Source: the human T2T-CHM13v2.0 reference genome, Homo sapiens
DNA: 64,000 nucleotides
Reading direction: 5' to 3' (one strand)
NCBI RefSeq assembly: GCF_009914755.1
Contig: NC_060946.1
The translations under genes and the position numbers were made by a program. Shown here in pieces: positions 54,966 to 64,000 of this stretch. The notes below the pieces were generated by a model, which made no database searches, was not told the origin of the DNA, and was given only the letters and a program-made list of their open reading frames with translations. Positions within the stretch are counted from its first letter, which is position 1. The number at the start of each line of letters is the position of its first letter.

Positions 54966-55058
54966 CCACATTGGCTTCCCACAGTAAAGTTCACAGATCA
55001 ATGGAGCAAGTGAGATTATGTGAGGAGGTAAATATACTAGCATTTGGACCATTATGCA

Positions 55059-55435
55059 CAGGGGCAAGCTGGTAAACATTTAACAACCTGTTCCCCAGGG
55101 GAAGAAAACCCTGATTTGTAGCACGTGCTGTCAATTTCCCGAGCGTAAATACTGGTGCTGTCACTGAATCAAAGACAGGAAGAGATACAAGTAGCCACCA
55201 CTGATAGATTTCCACCATACAGACACAACAGATGCAAATACCGTCACCGGCACAGATGATGGTAAATGTAGCAAAAGAACTAAGAAGTGATACTTTTGAG
55301 GATGTATTATCTCTGTGTTTAATACAATGTATTTAATTGCATGTTTATCTAATTTGCAATAGTGGCTGTGTTTAACAACAGGCTCCCAAAATTCCTACAC
55401 CCTAAACTCTCTTGAGCCAGTGTGATGCAGCCCCA
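55059..55435 (-). mobile_element. MER63B-like hAT-Blackjack element
   Basis: TIR CAGGGGCAAGCTGGTAAACATTTAACAACC; TGGCTGTGTTTAACAAC...CAAAATTCCT. Confidence 0.8.
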
Positions 55436-55785
55436 TCTCATAATGGATATGTTTACTTGTTCGTTTTAATGCAAATTAGGAAAAATACAACTCTTAAACT
55501 AGCTATGGTATTGCTTACAGCAAATCTGAGTTTTCTACAAACATGACTTGATTTCAAGTCAATTAAAAATGTATTAAGTAAACAGAATGAGGGATGTATA
55601 CAGACAAGAACACCAAGGAACTGAAACGTGGGGGATAAATGTTGCTTTATGAAAATGGCTTCAAACCTCAACTGTCTTGGGGGTGCAGTAAAACAAATGG
55701 GCAACTCACAAGAGAGGAAATACAATTAATTAACAAATGAAAGGACAGGTGTTTTATCTCAAGAACCATCAAAGAAATGCAAACA

Positions 55786-56100
55786 GACTGGGCGCGGTGG
55801 CTCACGCCTGTAGTTCTAGCACTTTGGGAGGCTGAGGCAGGTGGATTGCTTGAGGTCAGGAGTTCGAGACCAGCCTGGCTGACATAGTGAACCTCCCGGC
55901 CCCCCCCTCCCCCCCACCCACCCTGTCTCCACTAAAAATACAAAAATTAGGCGGACGTGGTGGTGGGTGTCTGTAATCCCAGCTACTCGGGAAGCCAAGG
56001 CAGGAGAATCACTTGAACCTGGGAGGCGGAGGGAGGCTGCAGTGAGCCAAGATCACACCACTGCACTCCAGCCTGGGCGACAGAATGAGACTCCATCTCA
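55786..56100 (+). mobile_element. AluS with a C-tract expansion and almost no A-tail, inside an L1ME fragment
   Basis: TSD AAGAAATGCAAAC. Confidence 0.95.
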
Positions 56101-56689
56101 AGAAATGCAAACTGTATAGAAATAGGGGCACCCCATGCTGGAGAGGGTGCCCCAAATCCAGTGCCCTCAAAAGCTGCCTCACTGCACCAGCCCTTTGGGA
56201 ATGAGGCTGGCGCTGGAATCGAGACCCATAAAACTGTCCACCCCCTGGACTCAGGAATCTCCCTGCCTGGCATCTATCTGGAGGAAATCATTCCAGAAAG
56301 GGAAAGGCCACAAATTCACAAAGGTGTCTGCTGTTTTCTGGAGTATGTCTCCTCCTCCTGCCCCCAGGAGAGCTGGGATTGGTGTTATTTATCATCGTAT
56401 TAATAAAAAAAATTATACGTTGTATAAACGCCCCGCTGTAGGGAATCCCACACATGGAATCTGGACAACTGGGTGGCCGCTGAAATGGTATTTAGAAAGG
56501 TCGGGTAAAATCGCAGGGTCATCGCTGATTCAATAGGAGAACAAAATCAGAAGGCACATCATCATTAGAGACACACAAAAGCAGGTGTGCATTAGAAGGG
56601 AGAAAAACGCAAAGCAGTCCTATCTGTGTGTGAGCGGGATCCCGAGCGGCTTTTCTTTTCCTATTTTTTACTCCTCAAATAATAGTCGC

Positions 56690-56910
56690 AATAATAATCA
56701 CAGTTAGCATTTCCTGAGGCATCTGCCATGGGCCGGGCTCTGTTCCAGTCCTAACAATCGTCCCACAACCTAAGGCCACTTGTGGCCATTGTACTGACGG
56801 GAACACTGAGGCTCAGGGGAGCTACTGGCTTACCTGCAGTTGCCCACTGGCCCGTAGACAGGATCTGAACTCAGCTCTGATTCGAAGACTATGCAGCTCA
56901 CCCCTCTGCG
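56690..56910 (-). mobile_element. MIR
   Basis: ACTGAGGCTCAGGG...GGATCTGAACTCAG. Confidence 0.7.
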
Positions 56911-57499
56911 GGTTTGCTAGAGTACAGCTAGGTTTTCAACGTAAACTTGTATTAAAACTAAGCGTGGGTGTTGCGTTTTTACCTTCTGTTCTGCCGGGCC
57001 CTCCTCTGGTGGGGAGTGGTTTGCAGAGGGAGGTGGGGAGCTGCCAGGTGGAAGAGAAGAGTACACCTGCCACCTCCGGAAAGATTCCCAGGGCTGGGAA
57101 AGACCTTCACAAATGGTGCAGGGGAAAAGACAAACCCCGAAAGCAAACAAAACCAACCACGCACCCCAACCGAGCACACACCAAGCTGGCACCATCACCT
57201 CAATTAAACCCCTGCCTGGCAGCCCGCGAAGGGGCCGACGGCGGATCAGAAGCGAGGCTGAGTTTCGGGAAGCTCCTGGGCCCAGACCAGAGAGGACTTG
57301 TTTCACTGACACCTGTGGGCCAGATCTCAGGTGCTTTGGGGGACCCCTGAGGTCCTGCCTGGGGGATGGGTGAGGCCTACCTTGCACAGAGAACCCACAA
57401 CCATAAGGCAGCTATGCAGCCGGCATGGGGTGGCATTATCTCAGGGTTAGCTCTTACAGGAAGCGAAGTAAAGGCGGAGACGTTGCTCTTCCCAGTACA

Positions 57500-57720
57500 A
57501 GGATGTGGGCTTTGGAGTCCACCAGACCTGGGTTCCAATTCTGACCCAGCTGCCGTGCAGTTCCCAGCAATCTCTCTCCGAGCCTTGGTGTCTCCTTCAT
57601 AAAATGAGGCTCGGGATGGCCAAGCTGCAGTGCAGCTGGGGAGGCTCAATGGCACAATTTGTTGCAGCTGCTTAGCTCAGCAAGTCCTCAATAAATGGGA
57701 GCTACTGTTACAGTAATAAT
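57500..57720 (+). mobile_element. MIR
   Basis: GGGCTTTGGAGTC...CCTGGGTTCCAAT...CTCAATAAATG. Confidence 0.7.
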
Positions 57721-57780
57721 GCAGCTCATTGATTGGACACTGTCTAGGTGCCTTCTGTGCACAAGGCACGGGGCAGGAAG

Positions 57781-58780
57781 ATTCATTCATGCAACATGGA
57801 TGTATTGAGCACCTACTATGTGTCAGGCCCTGTTCTATGTGCTGGGGTCACAGCTGAGCACAAGAAACACCAATCCCAACTCTCCCGCGTTTTCCATCCA
57901 GTGGAGGAGACAGGCACAAAGCCACAAAGCAAACGTGATGTCAGGCGGCGGTGCACATGATGAGGCAGCTGAAGGAGGACAAAGGGACAAAGTGACGGGG
58001 GGAGGTGGCTGCTTCTATTTTGTAAACCTTGGCCAGGGAAGGCCCCTCTGATCGGGTGACTCTGAACAGGGGCTGTGGAAGGGAGGAGTGAGCCCTGCTG
58101 GGATCCAGGAGGAGAGAGGTCTGGGTGGAGGGAACAGCAGCGGGGCTGGTGTGGCTGCAGCAAGCGGCAGTGTGGGGAGATGAGGACAGAGGGACAGTGG
58201 GGTGCGGTGGAGTCAGATCACATTGTTGGCCAAGGAAAGCATTTTGATTCCTAAGTGTGAAGGAGGCCATCGGCGGGTCTTGACTTAATGTTTTTAAAAG
58301 ATCACGCTGCTGCTGTCGGGGACAAAGGCTGGTGTCAGGGAGATATGTGGAGGCAGCTGCCTCCATCCTGGCCAGAGAAGATGGACAAGGAGGGCTGATC
58401 TCAGTGGAGGGGTGGGTATGGGGTGGATTCTGGCTTCATTTTCAAGGTATTGCTCATGGAACACGTGAAGCAGGAAAGAAAGGGAGGAGCCAAGGAGATG
58501 GTGGGAGGCAGCGGGGATGTGGATGTGCCGGTCCCCCACGTCTATGGGACATCCAAGAGCTGCCCTTGAGGACTAGGCTCTGCAATGACCAGCAGATCTG
58601 GATTCAGGGGAGAGAGACCAGGGAGAAAGAACGGGAGGTGGACAGGATTGGAGCTGTGGATCCGGGTGGGGTCCCCAGGGGTGGGTGGAAATGAGAGAGA
58701 AGTGAAAGGGAGGAGCGCTTGTGTCTAAGATCAGGCAGATGATGAACGAGCTGCAAAGAGGAACAAGAAGGGCAGCGATG
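57781..58780 (-). mobile_element. L2 LINE
   Basis: ATTCATTCA...TATTGAGCACCTACTATGTGTCAGGC; TTTTAAAAGATCAC. Confidence 0.85.
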
Positions 58781-59298
58781 AGGGGCCAGGAGCCAGGACC
58801 CTGCGGTGCAGAGAACCCAGGGCTCCCCAGTTCCCCTCAGCCCCTCCCTCCTCCGAGGCTCTGCCTAAGCTGCTCTCTCTGCCGGGATGCCCTTTCCCCA
58901 CTTTGGCGAACTCCTATTCATCCACTGAAACCCTTTCTTTGTGTTAGCTGCTCCTCCCCTGGCTGACCAGTGCTTAGTCTGGTGGACCGTGAATGCTGGG
59001 ACAGCTGAGCACTGTCTTGGACAGAGCCGTGAACAGTGGGGAAGGCTCACGGACGCGATGCCGGGAGAGGGATCCAAGCATTTGCAGAGCAGCTGCTCCG
59101 TGCCAGGGCCTTTCCGCGTTTCCTCTCATTTAAGCAGACAGCACCTGAGAGGCCAGTTCTGTCACCCACTGTCCTGGTGAGGAGGGGCAAGCTGCCTGCT
59201 GGAGGCCCTCCAGGTACCTCAAAACAGGGGACCTGGGATTTGAACCCAGTTCTGTTTGCCTCCAAGAGCCTTTGCTCCTAACTCAACTACTCTGCCTC

Positions 59299-59334
59299 CA
59301 AACAAAACAAAACAAAACAAAACAAAACAAAACA
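59299..59334. repeat. (CAAAA)n microsatellite, about 7 units
   Basis: Direct inspection. Confidence 0.95.
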
Positions 59335-59838
59335 GCCTCATGGCAGGTGGGGCTATTCAAACCGAGGCCAGCTTCCTGGAGGGTGAGTGAGTGCTGGATC
59401 GCTGGGCCGCACCTCCTAGGCAGGGATGTGGAGGGGATCCCTACAGCAGGTTCCAGGCAGTGCTGGAGAGCTGGAAACCCTCTCTCCCTGGAGGCCGAAG
59501 GACCCTGGGCGTGAGACAGAGGCGTGCTCACAGAGGCTAAAAGAGAACCATTTCAGGCTAGAAAATTAGGAACCCCCATGGCCTGAGGTGGAAGTGGATC
59601 ACTGGGTTATGGGCCACCGCCTGCTCCTTGGACAATTAGCACAGCCATTGCAGGGTGGTTATGAACACTTTTCCATCACACGAGAGGCTCGACGGGACAT
59701 AATGTTGAATTAAAAACCCAAGACACACCATTTTATGTGCAGGATGACAACACTGCCCTGATGACCGGCCAGGCTGGAGGGACACGGAGCCCTGCGGGTG
59801 ATGGTGAGGTCACTTGGTTCCCACACTGGCAGTGTCCT

Positions 59839-60278
59839 TGTGATGGTTAATACTGAGTGTCAACTTGATTGAAGGATGCAAAGTATTGATCCTGGGTGTG
59901 TCTGTGAAGGTGTTGCCAAATGGGGTTCACATTTGAGTCAGTGGGCTGGGGAAGGCAAACCCACCTTCATCTGGGTGGGCACCATCTAATCAGCTGCCAG
60001 CGTGGCCTGAACATAAAACAGGCAGAAAAATGTGAAAAGGTGAGACTGGCCTAGCCTCCCAGCCTCCATCTTTCTCCTGTGCTGGATGCTTCCTGCCCTT
60101 GAACATCAGACTCCAACCAAGTTCTTCAGCTTTAGGACTCAGACTGGCTTCCTTGCTCCTCAGCCTGCAGACAGCCTATTGTGGGACTTTGTGATCGTGT
60201 GAGTTACTACTACTTAATAAACTCCCCTTTATATAGCTCCTGTTAGTTCTGTCCCTCTAGGGAACCCTGACTAATACA
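59839..60278 (+). mobile_element. Complete MLT2A (A2-like) HERV-L solo LTR
   Basis: TGTGATGGTTAATACTGAGTGTCAAC...CCCTGACTAATACA; perfect TSD GTCCT; AATAAA at 60216. Confidence 0.95.
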
Positions 60279-60799
60279 GTCCTCCAGCAAGCAGGGGCAC
60301 CTTTATGGTGGAAAATGAAGCAGAAAAACAGAGGAAACTGCGACTGTCCCTTGGGGGAGTGCTGAGGAGAAGGAGGTAGGTATTAAGGCAGGGAAAAAGA
60401 ATAGCAACATGACCGCAGCCCCCAGGGGCGGCCTGTGTGCTGGCTCCGGGTGAACGGGCCTCTCCACGCATCTTAATGCCCCCCTGAACCTTTGGGGGTA
60501 CAGAGAGGGGTCAAGGAGTTGTGTTCCCCAGGAGAAGGGGTGAGGAGAAACTCTGCAGCTGTCACAGGGGTCCCGATGCACCTCAGGGGCCTCCGTGGGT
60601 CGTGGTGATGTGGATCCTAGCTGGGCCACAGTCAGCCACATCCAGGATGCGGCGGGAGGAGCAGCATAGGCTTCGGCTTGAGGAGGGTTCCTAGAGGCTG
60701 GGACTGTAGCCTGCACTCTGGGGAGTCTGCACAGTTGGGCACCAGGGCGTGGGTAGGAGGAGGAGATTCCCTGCAGTCCCACTGTGTACCCTCGGGACC

Positions 60800-60858
60800 T
60801 CTCATCACCATCATTGTCCAGGGCAGGCTCTCATCACCATCACTGTCCAGGGCAGGCA
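60800..60858. repeat. ~29-bp tandem duplication
   Basis: CTCTCATCACCATCA(T/C)TGTCCAGGGCAGG twice. Confidence 0.9.
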
Positions 60859-61659
60859 CTGAGACTAGGGAGGGCCAGCAACTCGTCCGAGGACACACAG
60901 CAGGTGGAGTCACTGGTTCTGAGCCTTTCTGTCACCACCCGCCTGCCGCCCATGGTACCCACCACCGCGGAGTGACACTGATGAATGGACAGCCTCCGGG
61001 GTTTTAGCCAAGCTGTCCAAACAAACGGAAAGCAGCCCAGAGAGCCAGCAAAGGAGGGAACGCGCGCCTTCTTGAGCCCCAGCTGGGAAAAGACAGGAAC
61101 TGGAGGGGACAGCCCAGTTTCCTGGTCTAGCTGGAACCCCCAAGGAGCTGCAACTCCATCCCCACTCAGGACATCAACTGTCTTCTGAATTCCAATCACA
61201 GAAGCCTCCTTGGTATTTGATGTTACGCCAAGGAAAGAAGATATTTGGTCATCTCCCTTTTCAGTCTCCTCATTTTCTGGAATTTCTTGCTGTTGGCTGG
61301 CACCCTCCCTGCAGAAACCACACGCCAAGGACCCTGGCTGCAGAGCCAGGAAGAACATGATGCTTGGGTTTCAGCAGGAGAAGGTTCTGGGGTTGGGTGA
61401 ACTCTGGGACCTCACAGGGGAGGACGAATGAGTTTTGCAAAGAGCTTGAGGGGTTCTAGGCGCAGGGAGAATAAGGTGAGAAACGGTGGTACTGGGGCTT
61501 TGCTGGTAGGCAGAGGCCAATGGATGGAGAGGAACTCTGGACATCCCCCCGCCCCTGCTGGGCTCCTGTCTCTTCAGGTGGCCTGAAGTCCCCAGGGTCC
61601 AGGGTGACGGAGCCAGCACTGTAGAGGTGCTCAGGCTCTAATGGCTGCTCTGCCCTGTC

Positions 61660-61808
61660 CCTGCATGCCCCACAGGCAGCATCAGCATCTCCCAGGAACT
61701 TGCTATAAATGCAGAATCCTAGGCCTACCCCATCATTAGGCATCAGAATTTGCAAACCCAACAAGACCCAGGGGATTTGGATACCCCTTAAGATCTGAGA
61801 TGTACACA
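61660..61808. mobile_element. MER5A hAT-Charlie MITE
   Basis: GCAGCATCAGCATC...GGAACTTGCTATAAATGCAGAAT. Confidence 0.75.
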
Positions 61809-62589
61809 TGATCGATCCCCTTGAGCCAAGTTGGGAATTTTTCCCTGAACTCTGACAGCCTGCGAGGGCTTGGGGGCTGGGAGGGCTGGGGCTAGGCAGC
61901 CTCCTCTCTTCCAGCCACTCCCCATCCCCCATCCCCACTCAGGCCCCTAGACCTCAGGGCAGGTTTTGAAGGATGAATAGGAGTTCCCCAGGGAGATGTG
62001 GGGCAGAGCACATTGGGAAGAGAACTGAGTCAAAAGCAAGGAGGTGTGAATCTGCAAGGGATTTGAGGGGTCAAGGCTGGGTTGGAAGGCATGGGCAGTG
62101 AGGTGGGGGGAGGCTCTGAGATAGGTGAGGCCCAGGTGGCAGTCGGCTCAGGATCTGACATAGGCTGGGAAGACCCTGGCTCAAAACCATGGATCTACTG
62201 TGTGGCCTTGGGCAAGTCACTGACCCTCCCTGGGCCCAAGTTCACTCATCCACACAAGGTGATGAGGTGTCCTGCTGAGCCCAGTCCCCAGCGTGGGAGT
62301 GACAAGAGTCCATGGAAATACCAAGGGGGGCAGTGTCTAAAGTCAAGCACTAACCGTGGTTCCCAGCACTCTCTGCTGGGCCCTGCAGGTCTTACAGGGT
62401 GTTGAACAGCAGCCTGAAGCTTCAGGAGGGGGCCGCTCAGGTAGGGAGGCAGAGTCAGGCCACCAAGGGCTAGGGAGCAGGCTAGGAGGCAGCCGAGGCC
62501 CTCTCTCAGAGATGGGAATGTGGATGCATGGGGGAGGGAGGGAGGTGGGGACAATGGGGAGTGGAGCTGGGTGTCCCAGGAGGATGTCA

Positions 62590-62790
62590 GCCCCCATCAG
62601 GTCCTCACAACTGCACTGAGAGGCCAGCCCTGCCCAGTTTACAGATAGGGACACTGAGGCTCAGGCAGGGGAGGCTCGGGGCAGGCAGGTTGTGCGGCAC
62701 TGGCGGGGCCAGGTGGGTGTGTCTGACTGGGAGCCACTGCCTGTGCCCCGGATTTGAGACAGCAACAATAATGACCATCACAACCATGAG
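62590..62790 (-). mobile_element. MIR
   Basis: CCCAGTTTACAGATAGGGACACTGAGGCTCAG. Confidence 0.7.
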
Positions 62791-63265
62791 AGCGGCACCT
62801 CCCAGGACCCAGGCCACAGCCTCAGTGATGATGACAGCACAGCATGTGGCAGGAACGTGGCAACATCCTCGGGCCTGGCTTAACCCTGGGGGCACAGCAG
62901 CTTCCCTCGGTGCCCCCTCCACTGCTTGCTCCTTTAGCCTGAGGTGGGCCCTGGCTGTACAGAGGTGAGACCTGGGCTGTCAGGGTGAGGGGACCAGGGC
63001 CCGCCACCTGAGGGGAGAGAAGGCTCAGCCCAGACCCTGTCCCAGACCCCTAGTGCTGATGCTCCTGCTGCATCCCTTACACGGGATTTGCTGAGCAGCT
63101 ACTATGTGCTGGGGCCCTGAGTCGGGCTGAGGTTCTGGTCGGGGGAGCTGCACACCACTGCACAACTGACAAGGGTAGGGAGTCCAGCAGGAGGACGGAG
63201 GTCCAGATAGTGAGGTCAGGTCGGGGATTGGTGGGAGGGCCTGGCTGGGCTGAATACTGGTGGAA

Positions 63266-63313
63266 GTGTGTGTGTGTGAGTGTGTATGTGTGTGTGTTTG
63301 TGTCTGTGTGTGT
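63266..63313. repeat. Imperfect (TG)n
   Basis: Direct inspection. Confidence 0.9.
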
Positions 63314-64000
63314 AGGGGGTAGTGCTGCCTCCTGCCGCGCTGTGAACTGAGTGTGCAACTGTGCAAGGAGGGCCAAGGTGCTTAGAGAGGCTCTCTACGC
63401 CTGGGAGGAAAACCCAGGACCTCCACAGTGCGAAGGAGACACCGTTAGGTGACGAAGGCACTTTGTCGCAGGTGCGGTGTCCCTGGGGTGCCTGCTGGGT
63501 CACACTGGGCTCTGGGCCCTCAGGGGTTGTCCTGACTACTTTCAGGAGGAAATGACGGGTGGAGTCTTGGGGTCACCAGAGAAGACACAGTCCAGAGAAT
63601 CTGAGCAAGAAACTTCACAGTCTGAGTTCAGTAGCTACTAAGCGGAGGGAAAGCCCCGCTTCTCCGTGAAATTAAACGAAGGCAGCTGAGCATTGTGACC
63701 ATTGCACCACTCCTGACGCCCCTGCTGGCTCCTAACTCAGTTATAAATCCCACGGGCGGGGGACGGCACAACGCCCCACCTGCCTGGCCACGCGATTCGG
63801 CAGCACTTGGATTTTGCCCAGCCAGCTGGCAGGAAAATCACATTTCTTATGATTGATGGAGTGCGTGTCTGTGGGGACCAAGAGGCGGGGGCTGTGTGGG
63901 GCTGAGCCACTGCCGCCAGGGCCTTCAATACTGCTGTTCAGCGGTGGCCTGGGGGCTGCCTCGGGGCCCTCACCCACCAAACCCAAGGGGTTTCTGAGAG

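Noticed and set aside
62605-62922. ORF with a transmembrane-like stretch
   Set aside because: The hydrophobic run comes from (CAA/CAT)-like low-complexity sequence next to a MIR; no splice structure seen
62995-63015. CTCF-like motif (CCCTCAGGTGGCG on minus; a similar one at ~62130)
   Set aside because: Partial match in GC-rich DNA; cannot be supported without PWM scoring or ChIP

Overview
This is primate (human-like) genomic DNA, not microbial. It carries about 25 Alu elements or fragments, old and young L1s, L2/MIR/CR1, MaLR/ERVL/ERV1 LTRs and hAT DNA-transposon fossils. GC-rich, MIR/L2-rich flanks (about 1-7 kb, 25-31 kb and 41-64 kb) surround AT-rich, L1-dominated blocks (about 8-25 kb and 31-40 kb). 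I cannot support any protein-coding gene, tRNA, rRNA or CRISPR array; the ORF track is explained by repeats, simple sequence and GC-rich chance ORFs. I could not name the locus and found no evidence for a new gene system. The real signal is structural: an apparent ancient inversion of about 1.5 kb that splits one MER63 and one L1 into opposite-strand halves, at least six local duplications or templated copies, a 1-kb palindromic AT-rich repeat, a MIR-derived minisatellite with an inverted relative, and a few candidate regulatory elements. Repeat subfamily names come from my recall of consensus sequences and were not computed. Most boundaries are approximate (about 10-30 bp, more for old L1/L2).
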